This document shows, piece after piece, positions 1 to 10,493 of a stretch of 64,000 bases of DNA. The stretch spans positions 40,679-104,678 of the forward strand of contig JAAPAO010000046.1 in NCBI GenBank assembly GCA_013115145.1. The letters run 5' to 3'. The position numbers were made by a program, and so were the translations under genes. This stretch comes from Perkinsus chesapeaki ATCC PRA-425 (taxonomy: Eukaryota; Protista; Perkinsozoa). The notes beneath the pieces are model-generated. The model did no database searches and was not told the DNA's origin. It was given only the letters and a program-made list of their open reading frames with translations. Numbering within the stretch: the stretch's first letter is position 1; each line of letters begins with the position of its first letter.

Positions 1-1621
1 AGAGGCCGAACTCGGTGGCCATACGGGTGGTGAAGTTGAGGTCAAGACTGTCAGGCTTAACACTGAGGCAGAAGTCCACGGCGGCCCGGCGAAGGTCAGC
101 GGTGGGGTGCTTAGTGAGCTCATCTCGGAACCTCGACAGGACTATGGCCACCACCTCTGAATCGACCGTCCCAGCGGGCAGCACTCCAGACCGGAGCCGT
201 TTTTCGACGACTTTAAGATATACATCCCTAACGGCTTCACCGCAGGCCTCACATCTGACATAGACGCCTCGGTAGAGAAAGTCCCACATGCCCATACTGG
301 CACAGGCGTCCACGGCCACAGTCACTTGCGCTTCAGCAGCCTTCGGGTCGTCCTTGGGCATGTCAGATAGATACACTCTCAAGAGGGCCTCCAACTCCAT
401 AGGGGTTGGTGGATCGACATCAGCCAGCTGCGGCAAGGCACCACTACCCACCCCAGACTCCACTGTGATGGCATTCCTCAGTCGGTGTTGTTTTACCAAC
501 TTCTCAATCTCATCCTGCCAGCATCCTACCGTGACCTCAGTGAAATGATGAGTGTCCGCCCCGGCCTGGTAGCCCGGCAGGACCGCAGTGCGCCCAGTGA
601 CGGCTAGGAGGTCCGAGCAGTAGGTGCCCAGAAGCCGGTGCCGATACACCACATTGCCCAGGCCTCGTAGAAGGCTACCCCGGGCCCTGTTGGTCTGGAC
701 TAGGACTACCTCACGAGAGCTGGGCTCTTGTGCAGGGGCCACAACACCGACCAAGAGGCCACCGCCAATGCAACGAAGAGCTCTAAAGCCGCTGGCAAAA
801 TCCTTTGATGGCAGCATGACCTGAGCCATCACGTCGAAGGTGGCCAAGTCTGACCGAGGCCGGAGGAGATGGACCGTCCTGCCCACCCCTACACAGAGGA
901 TGGGCATCGGTTCGGTACACCAGCAAACGGTCAGGGCATCTGATGTCGACAAAGGCATTTTAAAAACGAGCCTAGGAGTCGGTGCCATTCCCACAACAGT
1001 GAGAGCTTGCGAGGAGACCATGGCCACCAAGCCGGCCTCTGCCAGCTTCGATGCCCTCAGAGGAGCCATCGCTCGAAATGGCTTGTCCTCCTTCAATAGA
1101 AGTTTCTTCTCACACGTCATAGTGACCAGGAAGGTGTTATAAGTGAGCATGTGGCATCGGCCAAGCTCGTCAGCTGTAAGGACATGTTGCCTCCCAACAG
1201 TGCCCCAAAACACACCAGCCGTTATAGCGCTGCACTGCTGGTCTCGAACTAGCTTTTGGAGCAAGTATGTGGTGCCGTCGAAAAGTGCCACGGAGCCCGA
1301 CGCGTACCCTACTACCAGTCCTGAACCATCAGCTGACCAATCCACGCTCCTGGCCGGCCCTGCATCCTCCGCAGGCGGCCGTATGGTCCGTACCCTCTGG
1401 GCTTCCATCTCATGGGTCACCACGATAGTGTGGCCGTGTTGGGTACCAAGGGCTACCTTGGGCCCATAACATGCCGCAATGCAGGTAAAACGAAAGGTCG
1501 ATACTCCGGTACGGATACCATTTACGGTAGCTTCTATAGGGAGATCAACGGAGGAATAGTCCAGTGAAGTCAACTGCTTGGCTGTTGGTGTAGATGGTGA
1601 AGAAGCAGGCGAGGCCGGCAT
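1..1621 (-). CDS. VPS8: Vacuolar protein sorting 8 (CORVET subunit) homolog, 3'-truncated by window edge
   Basis: Hand translation gives an open frame from ATG 1621 off the window edge (~540 codons; absent from ORF track, no stop in window). WD40-like N-terminus (TCIAACYGPKVALGTQHG; SVDWSADGSGLVVGYASGSVALFD; VTMTCEKKLLL) and VKPDSLDLNFTTRMATEFGL resemble recalled Vps8 motifs. An upstream exon is possible. Confidence 0.75.
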   Translation of the reverse strand, partial: MPASPASSPSTPTAKQLTSLDYSSVDLPIEATVNGIRTGVSTFRFTCIAACYGPKVALGTQHGHTIVVTHEMEAQRVRTIRPPAEDAGPARSVDWSADGSGLVVGYASGSVALFDGTTYLLQKLVRDQQCSAITAGVFWGTVGRQHVLTADELGRCHMLTYNTFLVTMTCEKKLLLKEDKPFRAMAPLRASKLAEAGLVAMVSSQALTVVGMAPTPRLVFKMPLSTSDALTVCWCTEPMPILCVGVGRTVHLLRPRSDLATFDVMAQVMLPSKDFASGFRALRCIGGGLLVGVVAPAQEPSSREVVLVQTNRARGSLLRGLGNVVYRHRLLGTYCSDLLAVTGRTAVLPGYQAGADTHHFTEVTVGCWQDEIEKLVKQHRLRNAITVESGVGSGALPQLADVDPPTPMELEALLRVYLSDMPKDDPKAAEAQVTVAVDACASMGMWDFLYRGVYVRCEACGEAVRDVYLKVVEKRLRSGVLPAGTVDSEVVAIVLSRFRDELTKHPTADLRRAAVDFCLSVKPDSLDLNFTTRMATEFGL

Positions 1622-1838
1622 TTTCAGAATAGCGGCCCAAATATACGCCTGCTAGGCTTGCAACCTGATACGTATCTTACCCCCTTCAACCTAGGATACT
1701 CTTTGAACTGTACTCAACACTGTCAATATTAGACATTATCATTAAAGCATGTTAATGTATCCTGCCATTGGCAGGACATGTGAAGCCTTCAAGGCTGCTG
1801 CTGCTAACAACAAATAGTCTAATAACGTCTATCAGACG

Positions 1839-3134
1839 CTACGGTGAGGATGACGACATCTCCTTCACACCCTCGAGTGCACGCTCCGACAAAGATACTC
1901 CATTAGCACCATACGAGAACGGCACTGGATATGGCATATAGGGAGCCGGTGGGGGAGCAACGAAGGGATAGGGATGAACCGGCGGGTAGTAATAATAACT
2001 CGGAGCCACCGCCGGACTGGCCACAGCGGCCCCAGTGGAGGCTTGGTAGTGGTGGGCCTCTTGGACCGTCTGTGATGTTCCACTGGACCCTGTTGAGCTG
2101 CAATAAGATGTCACGACGTACTCTGTACGAGAGCAGTCGATGAACTGCATACGGGACTTTGCACCAACCCGTTCGAGTAGGGACGACATCGGGAACGAAA
2201 GCACTTGGAAGGCCGACCCCGACGAGGACGAGCTGCTGCTACTGCTGGTACCGCCGTTGCTGGTCCCAACAGTGTAGTGCACTGTGCTGCTGGGAGTGCC
2301 ACCACTGACCGTACTGGTCACTGTGTGGACCGATGTGGAGGAGTCAGAGTCGTCGCAGGGGTCAGCGTCACACGAGTTGGCTGCGACCACTACCGGAGTA
2401 GAGTCCCCGCATGGGTCAGGGCCGCTACAAGGGGGGGCTACTTGACTGAAGACCACATGACCCACGGACTGGTCGCATGGACCACCGCCTTGGCAAGGGA
2501 CAGAGGCGGCAACTACGAAGGGGGAGGGCATGTCGCAAGGGTCCTCGCCGCACGGATCTGGCAGATCGCAGGGATCGGGGCCATCGCATGACAGAGGGGT
2601 GTTCTGCTGAAAGTACTGCATAACCTGTGGGACCAGTTGGCGCCAGAGAGGATGAGCTCGAGGGGAGGCCATGAACAGACCGTACTGTGAGGTGCCAGCA
2701 ATGGGAAGGTTAACCATGGACACTCGACCGCCTAGTAGAAGGTCATGGGGGAACCCGGGCTGAACTACTAGACCCGAGTCAGCTGATACCCCACCAGAGT
2801 CGAAGAGGGCACAGTATCTCATCGAGGCCATACGGACGGTTATCTCTTGTTTAATGTAGAGGGGCAGGTAGGCCGGGAAATGCTTCCTGAAGCAATTGGT
2901 GGACTCGGGGCCGAGGACGTCCCAGTAGTGATGGGAATAGACCGGCTCAGGGAAGAACTGCTGCCAGGCGTCCGAGATGCCTCTAAGCCACGGAGGGTTG
3001 CTACCAGCTCCCACTATGTGAAAGATTCTCGGGATGTCACTTGTCGAACTGCGCAGGATATTGGTAACGACACCTGCTGTGGTTTGATGTACCGCTGATA
3101 GAATCAGAGCGCAAGAGAGGATGAAGGATGCCAT
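1839..3134 (-). CDS. Secreted GT32 (DXD sugar-binding)-like protein with Cys/Asp/Pro repeats and Ser/Pro/Tyr-rich tail
   Basis: Intronless 431-aa ORF; N-terminal signal peptide; IPRIFH and MRYCALFDSGGVSADSG resemble GT32 IPKIIH and RYxxLYxxGGxYxDxD; repeated DPC(D/G) motifs follow. Confidence 0.7.
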   Translation of the reverse strand: MASFILSCALILSAVHQTTAGVVTNILRSSTSDIPRIFHIVGAGSNPPWLRGISDAWQQFFPEPVYSHHYWDVLGPESTNCFRKHFPAYLPLYIKQEITVRMASMRYCALFDSGGVSADSGLVVQPGFPHDLLLGGRVSMVNLPIAGTSQYGLFMASPRAHPLWRQLVPQVMQYFQQNTPLSCDGPDPCDLPDPCGEDPCDMPSPFVVAASVPCQGGGPCDQSVGHVVFSQVAPPCSGPDPCGDSTPVVVAANSCDADPCDDSDSSTSVHTVTSTVSGGTPSSTVHYTVGTSNGGTSSSSSSSSSGSAFQVLSFPMSSLLERVGAKSRMQFIDCSRTEYVVTSYCSSTGSSGTSQTVQEAHHYQASTGAAVASPAVAPSYYYYPPVHPYPFVAPPPAPYMPYPVPFSYGANGVSLSERALEGVKEMSSSSP

Positions 3135-3303
3135 TTATAAAGATTCAAACTGCCACAAAACTACTAAGATACTTTTTAGGTTGCTTCGAAGTAATCTTAA
3201 TTTCCAGGGCCCAGATGACGATCGCAAACTCTTGCACACTTGCTACAACTTACATTACCTCAACGCATCGCGCTCGGGTCAAGATCGTTTTTAACCTTTC
3301 TTG

Positions 3304-4923
3304 ATGCGGTTAAGGCATGGTGGCGCTGTATTGTCAACATTTCGGGTTCCTATTGCCAACTGCGGTAAGTATTACCTGTCCGACATGGTTACCTGGCTGA
3401 GGCCATCCTTGTAGGTCCAATAGGAGCTACCTTACCTCCGTTGCTGAGAAGGATACGCCGCGATCCAATAGCTCCTGTGGATGGCATTAAGGAAGTATCT
3501 CGACAGTGTGTTCCGGCTGCAGATGGTTTTGGTATTAGGTTGAAAGGTTCATGGAGGAGGTGTATTCGAGGGCATGTGGGACGAATCATAGGGCGTTCGG
3601 GGATGTACAGGTCCGGTAAGAAAGTTATGAATCGATTTGCCGAGCTTCCAGGAAGTTAATCAAACCCGTGCTGTAAAACCTCTTTGGACTGTGTAATACT
3701 CAGCTCCCGAGCGGGGAGTCCTGATCGATCAAGTCTGAAGATTCTGGATTCGGCGTCTTGGCTGTATTCTGGGCTTGTCCTATTTTATGGCGCTGTTATA
3801 GGTCCAGAGAGTATGACCGTCTCTGGAGGGCTCGAGGATTCTCTCCCACCTACGGTGAGATAACTCCTACTGGAGTGGCCTACCTGTTCGCTGTGATGTT
3901 GCCTCCTAGGCCTCAGGAGCACTTTGTGGACCTCGGCTCTGGTAGCTCTATTTCCAAAGCCGACTGGCCCATGGTCCTGGGGTAGGTATGGGCCGATTGT
4001 GCCTTCAAGCGTGGCTGCAATTTGGCCATCAACTGGCGTCTATCACTGGTGTGGAGCTGAGTAAGGTGCGTCATTGCAAGGCGGTGGCTGCGGCTGAGGA
4101 GATGCTGAAAGAGGAGGCCTTAAAGGGCGGTTGGACGGGACATGCGGATATGGTAGTAGGGAAACGGCATTTTATACCATATTTCCGTTGAATCTTGGTA
4201 GACCCTGGCAGCGGGGGATATGTTCAGATTGCCACTGCACGATAAGACATTCTTTTATTGCGCTAATCTTACCTTCAGTGCAGAGGTCAGTCTAGTGACG
4301 TCATCCGTCTAGTGCATGCTTCAACCCTAGATACTTCGTAGACTTGCTCGTAAGATACTAAAGGAGGCTCCCATCGATGCACGTGTTGTATCGATGCGCC
4401 CATTAATTCCCAATGCTGACCAGGAGCCCCAGGAGCCTCGAGGTAGTAGCATCCCTCTTACTTTCACCGTTCCACTAGCAATGCCGATTGTCGCCTTCCT
4501 TGGATGTCTAAGCTATCTTATGTAACAGGTATACCTCGACCGGCCCCTGCACCCAGACCTTCGTGGCAGATATCCTACCCTGATTGTGATGACTCTATGA
4601 TGCCTCCACCGCCTGTGCCACCAGAGCCACAGTAATAGGGAAGGGAGGGTGTCAAGTGAGGGAAGGGTCGGCTTAGGTTTGATGAGGATATGCTCACTGA
4701 ACTACCGGAAGATTCCAGGATAGCAGTACGTGCCTTCCCACGGTGCAGGCTTTATCGAAGGGAGCTGGTTAACCCTCGACCAGTCATAACGAAATACAAA
4801 CGGGCTGATGAAAACGAGGGGGAAGGAAGAATGTTGAAGCTGGTGGACCATCTGGATCTGCCGATGACATGGAGCAGCCACACTCCACTGTACGTGTATG
4901 AGGTGGCCGAGGCGCAGTTCTAA
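3304..4923 (+). CDS. DOT1-family SAM-dependent methyltransferase, multi-exon
   Basis: Spliced exons give PTYGEITPTG, FVDLGSG|MGRLCLQA, ITGVELSKVRH, GDMF..FFYCANLTFS, ARVVSMRPL, ending LPMTWSSHTPLYVYEV. Start codon tentative. Confidence 0.75.
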
Positions 4924-4999
4924 TTCAATAAAACAATTGCATAGTTTCTGGTCAAGTTTCTTATAAACTATTGTTTCGTGTGCGGCTGGGCGAAGCGGT

Positions 5000-6490
5000 A
5001 TGGGTGTTCAGAGACTACCTTATTATATGAGATCTCAAATCCTACTAGAGCAGCAGGGCCGGCAGGGAGGCATCTTCGTGGACTGTCGGGACGTGCCACA
5101 GTGGGGGGATGCAGGCCTGACGGAGTTGGCCAGGGAGAGGTAGTATCTGGACCGGAGGCAGGCCTTGAGCTTCCTATTCGTAGGTTTGGTATCCCCGATA
5201 GCATTGGTTTCCAGCTACGGTATAGTGGGTTCTCATTGGGCAGTCCAGTGGTAGTTATTATATTACAGAAGTGTGTTGTGGTACGGTGCTACGTAGGTCA
5301 CTGTGACGTTTGGAGCTGGCTTAGTCGGAGGAAAGGGAGGATTCGGGTCGCTGTTGAGGGGCCAAAAGGGACGTAAGACACTTGGCAGGAAACTGCTTTT
5401 TTTACATTAATGTTTGCACGTGTCAATTTCGTTATGGAACTGCAATGAACCTTCTGTGTTTTTCTGGTCTATTATTCCCCTGGCCCACCTGTGGCTACTC
5501 TTGAAGTGTGTGGCGTGGAGCAACTGCCAGGTGGTAAGAAGACTACTAACTTTGACGCTTGTCGAGATCTCGATGGTCGACGTATTCGGCACTCGAGGAT
5601 GGCCGAGAGGATACATGAATTTGAGGAAAGGCAACGAGAGGAGGATGAACTGGTAGGAGAGAGGAGACAGAATCTTGTGTGCTGAATATAGGCGGTTTGG
5701 TAGGTTGCTGCTTTGAAGGGTCCGGAGGAGGATGATGCTACTAAGGCCACTAGGAAGGCAGCAGAGAAGGAGGTTAAGCTGGATAAAGAGTAAGGTATAG
5801 TGTATCCTATTGTAATGCTATCCTATCCTGTTGTCGTTGATAACAACTCAGACTTGGGATAATTATTATTGATATAATTATTATATTGATCGAGTTGGGA
5901 TCGAATTATCCGCTCATTAATGACACCCGTTTTGTTATTCAGCTTTTCCTGCTCCTGTTTAACTAACTGGCTCCCCATTTTCCCCCGAGTTGTATCCATT
6001 TATTAGGCTATTGAATTCATTATTGATAGTAATGAGCTACTATTTCATTTCGGTATTGAATATATTGTTATTTTGTATGTTGTGCTTCTGTTATTGTCCT
6101 TCCAGATCCGTCTCTGTTCTATTGCACTGTAATGAGTAGATACACTAAGGCGTTGAGAGAGTCTGGACGAGATAGGTCTGACCTCATCAGGAAGGGTTTA
6201 AAAAACAGTGGCCTTACACCGGCCCAGGCAATAGCTGAAGTATTGTCGTCAAGTACTGTCAAGCACAGGGGCACAAGGTGGCCCTGGTGTAGATACTTGG
6301 GTTCTCAGGTTCCAGTAGTAGCTCTTCAAGCTCGAGTGGCAAGAAGAGGGCGGCAGGGGGTAGTAAGGAGGAAGCAGAGCCGGTCAAGAAGGCAGCTAAG
6401 AAGGACAGTATGTCGAGGTTCGACGCTATGCTGGGGCTTAGTAGTAGTGATGATGAGAGCTCTGATGAGGAGGAAGAGGAGAAAAAGTGA
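5000..6490 (+). CDS. SDE2: SDE2 ubiquitin-fold pre-mRNA splicing regulator, multi-exon
   Basis: Spliced translation contains LVGG-KGGFGSLLRG (SDE2 cleavage motif) and KKTTNFDACRDLDGRRIRH; acidic C-terminus ending TGA 6488-6490; includes a ~350-nt AT-rich intron. Confidence 0.88.
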
Positions 6491-6620
6491 TAGAGCAAAC
6501 ACTTGACTGTAGTATAGTAGTAAACGTTATTAAAAGAGGTCTATCAAAAGGGCCAAGTTACATTATATACTATCAACTCTGTTTGGTTGTTAATAACACA
6601 CAGGCTGCTTTTACCAGGAT

Positions 6621-9060
6621 ATGCATTTGCCTCCCCCTCTTGCCAGACCCCATCAGCTCCGAGTTCCCTCCTCGGCGGCAGGTAGTCGGCGTCCGTCTAC
6701 GTCAGGGTACACAGCATCATCACCATCTCGAAGGGGCTCTGCCGTCTCGCAGCAGGAGCGTGCCTCTCCTACTGGCCTGGATGCTAGGCGGAAGTCGTTC
6801 ATGGCATCTGGTGGAGTGCTGGAGCAGGCTATTGCTATGCGAAGGAAGCTGCTTGGGGATGACGGAGGTGCAGGGGCTCAGGCAGCCTTCTCTCGGGAAT
6901 GCCGAATAGCCCTTCGCAGTGCTATAGCGGATATGGTGGACTACTTGACCAATAGTATAGACTTCGAGGATGAGGAGGATATTAAAAGGGAGATTACCAT
7001 GGGACTTGAGGAAATGGTGGACAAGACGATCAGGGCGGGTTGGGCCACGGCCAAGGAGGATCTGGAACGTTTGGACCATCTCGAGAAGAAAACTGCGGGG
7101 CTAGAGAAGCATCTGGCGGAGTCTCAGAAGGCCTACCTGGTTGAGGTGGTAGAGATGCGTCAGCAGTTGAGAAGAAATAGTATGATGGTTGATGATGAGC
7201 ATATTAGTGTTAAGCCGGAGGAAGTGGCCAAGATGTGGTTTGATCCCATCAACCATGGTCAGTCCTGGCCTCCTCCCTCAGTAGTAGCTGTGCTCTCAGG
7301 CCTGGACTACCCGGACCAGAGACCGAGGCGGCCGGTATCGGAGGATATGAAGGAAGTTAGGGATGGGACCACCCAGGTAGGAGAAGGCCCTTCTTGGGGT
7401 TTGTCCAGGCCTGCCGTGGCAGAGTCTGAAGGAATTGGTCCGGCTCATGGTCGAGGAAAGGCTGCGCATTATACTGTCGGACCCGAGCCTTATAGTGAGG
7501 AAGCTAAAGCAGATGGGGGTGAGCTCGAAGCGGAGAATGGTTCATCACTGGACGGCTTTTTCAGAATCTGTCTGCCCTCATCGCTCTGCTTACTGCCGAT
7601 GACGATAGTATAGGATACGAGGAGGAGTTTTTGAGGTGGGCAAGGGACGCCAGGTTTGGTGTGATGGGCTGTGGTGGTCAGGTTTGGGCTGCGGCCTGCT
7701 ATGGGGGAACGCTACAATGAGTGTAAGGGTGTGCAGACTGACAGTATAGAGGATGCTGTGGAGAAGCATGCTCCTAGAGGGCCTCGAAGATCTGAGGTCG
7801 ACATGAGCACTTATATAGAGCGGTCCGAACGTAAGATATTGTTGGTAGAGGAAGAGGGCAGATGTTTTGGTCGTACAGATGAGACAGCTGTGAGAGCAGC
7901 GGAGTGCAAGGTCCAGCGTGAACTCACGCGTATTGAGCTGCAGTTGGAGGAGGCAAGGAAGGAGGCATTGGAGCACAGGCAGGCGGTTGAGGCCTCCAAA
8001 GTGAAGGTGGAAGTGGTGGGCGGGCAGGTAGGTGAAGAGGAGCATATGGCAGCTATCTGGAGATGTTGTTGTCAGTTGGTAGCGGCCAAGGGAAGGATAG
8101 CTGAGCTCGAGAAGGCCCTAGTGGCGGGGGAGGGAAGGACGGCTGATGCCGTGGCTGCCGCGGTGGCATCGGCACAAGCCGAGTTGGCCAAGGCGAAGGC
8201 AGAGGCTGCTTCTGTTAAGGAAAAGTGGGAAAGAAGTTTGACGTTTGACATTAATTTTCAAGAAGTAGGCGGCAGCGAAGGAGCACTGAGAATAGCGAAG
8301 AGGCGCAGCGGCTGGTGAAGGAGAATAGTGCCTTGGAGGAAGAGGTCGGGCTGGTGGGCGCTAATTGATCCGAAGTTGCAGTCATTCAGCTCACACGACT
8401 AAGGCAAAGGTTGGTGGTGGTCGAGGAGAGGAATGCCATTATGGAAACTGAAATACTAAGTAACAGGCCAGGCCACAGGGAGTCTGTTGATGCTGCTCCT
8501 ATTAAGGAGGATATAGGCCCACAGGTGATGTAGGTCGTCATTGATCCGAGCGCATATGTTACACTGCAGGCCAACACCGTCCTACCGCAGCTGAGGAAGC
8601 ACAGCAAGCGGCGCCCGTCGCGGCAGCTAGTGGTTGAGCCCACAGAAGCCGGGCAAAGGGAGATGGATTGGCGCAAGGTTTGGCTGAGGCTCTATTTGGA
8701 CGCTTTCAGAAGGGTGAGGAATTGGTCAACTGGACGGTATGGTGACAGCCTTGTTTGGCAGACGAAAGACCTCGACTCGCTTAGAGCCAAACATTTATTG
8801 ATCAATGTGGACAAGTTCCTCGAGGTAGGGGACAATGTGGATTTAGTGTCAGGCCTGTATGTATTGGACCGCCGCAGATGCTACGATCGCAGAGAGAAGA
8901 CGCATTCGACGGTCATTTTGATTTACCTGGTGAGGCTGAGGATAGCAGCACTTTGAGCAGCTCATTCGAGCCATTCCGGTCTTCCTGGTCCGACCTGTGG
9001 ACAATCGACTCTTGGTTCGAGTCCCGGCAGAGCACGAGGGCCAATAAATCTCGGAGGTAG
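6621..9060 (+). CDS. Large coiled-coil protein of unknown function, multi-exon
   Basis: Co-linear E/K/A-rich heptad exons (6621-7613, 7671-8318, 8630-9060 segments) separated by short GT-AG introns; no recognisable catalytic motif. Confidence 0.6.
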
Positions 9061-9106
9061 GTACTGGGATGTACATAGATGCACGATTTAGCGTTTTTTG
9101 GTAAAA

Positions 9107-9179
9107 TACCCTACCCGGGGATCGAACCCGGAATCTCCACCTTAGGAGGGTGGCGCCTTATCCATTGGGCCAGCAGGGC
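9107..9179 (-). tRNA. tRNA-Arg(CCT)
   Basis: 73-nt cloverleaf: acceptor GCCCTGC/GTAGGGT, anticodon arm CCACC-CTCCTAA-GGTGG, T arm CCGGG-TTCGATC-CCCGG; TTTT immediately downstream on the minus strand (9106-9103), as expected for a Pol III terminator. Confidence 0.97.
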
Positions 9180-9634
9180 ACGTGAAAACTTGATTTCGAA
9201 CCCGCACTATAGACGATTTTTCGTTCAGCTCATCTCGACCTGCCTCTCGTTGGCCTTCCGAGAGCTTACACAGTCAGTCAAGTCTTGATGAAGGGACTCA
9301 ATTCATAGTAACCAATAGCCGATCCACTCCAGATATAATCTGCACGCGTGCACAAACCGCAGGTAGCTATTCTCAGCGCTAGCCCAATGCTCATCGTCTT
9401 CATTCAGGACATTTACAAACTTCATGTTCACCGGCTGCCGCTTCGATGGCTTATCGCCGGGGCCAAACTCATGGTGGATTCATTTAATCATTTGCACAGC
9501 AGTCATGCCCATGAGATGACGACCTTATTGAGGTCGCCATTCGACACGTCGTGTACTCTGCTTCTCTAAAGTGTCGTGTTTGCCGTGCACTGTTGAGCTC
9601 ACCTATCTCGCAGTCTTGGTGATGTTCTTACGGT

Positions 9635-10397
9635 ATGAGTAAGGAACTGCCTAGTGGGGCCTTCGATGGCTCGAAGGAGATGATAGGCTCATTGAGAAGG
9701 GCGACAGTTCAGCTCCAGACAGTCACAACAGATTTGAGGGAGAGGCTGCAGCAGGCGAACAGGAGGAACACTCGGCTGGTGAGGGCATGCCATCTGAACA
9801 GCTATGCTATCTGTCCTTCAGGCAGTCTTGTCTGTGGAGCGTTCCAACCCACCTAAAGAGATACCTATAGCATCCCCTCTGCATCGCCCATCAGACAGGC
9901 TAGCTCCGGTTGCTGAGCTCCGACCGTCGAACCGAAGACGGGATGTAGCCAGGGCATATAGCACTCGGCAAGTTGAGGCGAGGAAACCCTGCAAAGCCGT
10001 TACTAGGTGGGATTGGAGTGAAGAAGCGTGCCACGTTCCTGCTTTCAGGAGGGCACCCTGCCAGAAGAGCGACCTCCAGTTGGGGCTTTTAGACTTGCAG
10101 CGGCGATACGATAGGCTCGTAAGGCACTAGCTGAGCTTTGGAATAGCGGCCCGCTTATTCTATCACACAATCTGTGTTCATCCAATACCCTGTCGTATGG
10201 TCTACTGTATATAGTTGATATAGTTAGACTTATATCGGTTTATGATAGGCTGTGATATTACTACTGTTAAATGGTTATATAGATATATGTTTATTATTTT
10301 ATGCAACTGATAGTAATACGTCATAAACTGATGTGTGTAGGTTGAGAGCCGGCGCTCGGCAGACAACAGACCTGCGTCGTCCTGCCTGCTGCGATGA
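9635..10397 (+). CDS. Small coiled-coil protein, multi-exon
   Basis: ATG 9635; heptad exon (LQTVTTDLRERLQQANRRN), further exons joined by GT-AG introns, last exon 10341-10397 ending TGA. Confidence 0.5.
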
Positions 10398-10493
10398 AAT
10401 TCCAAACGTGTGTTACTCATGTCTTCACCGTGAACTTGTTGAGTTTGGGCCACTCTGTAGGGCCATGACAGTATATTATTGATCACTTCAGTG

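Noticed and set aside
15-1469. Plus-strand ORFs of 66-108 aa; initial suspicion of a retrotransposon pol
   Set aside because: They are antisense shadows of the open minus-strand VPS8 frame; no RT, RNase H or integrase motifs seen.
9079-9288. 69-aa ORF
   Set aside because: Overlaps the tRNA-Arg gene on the opposite strand; spurious.
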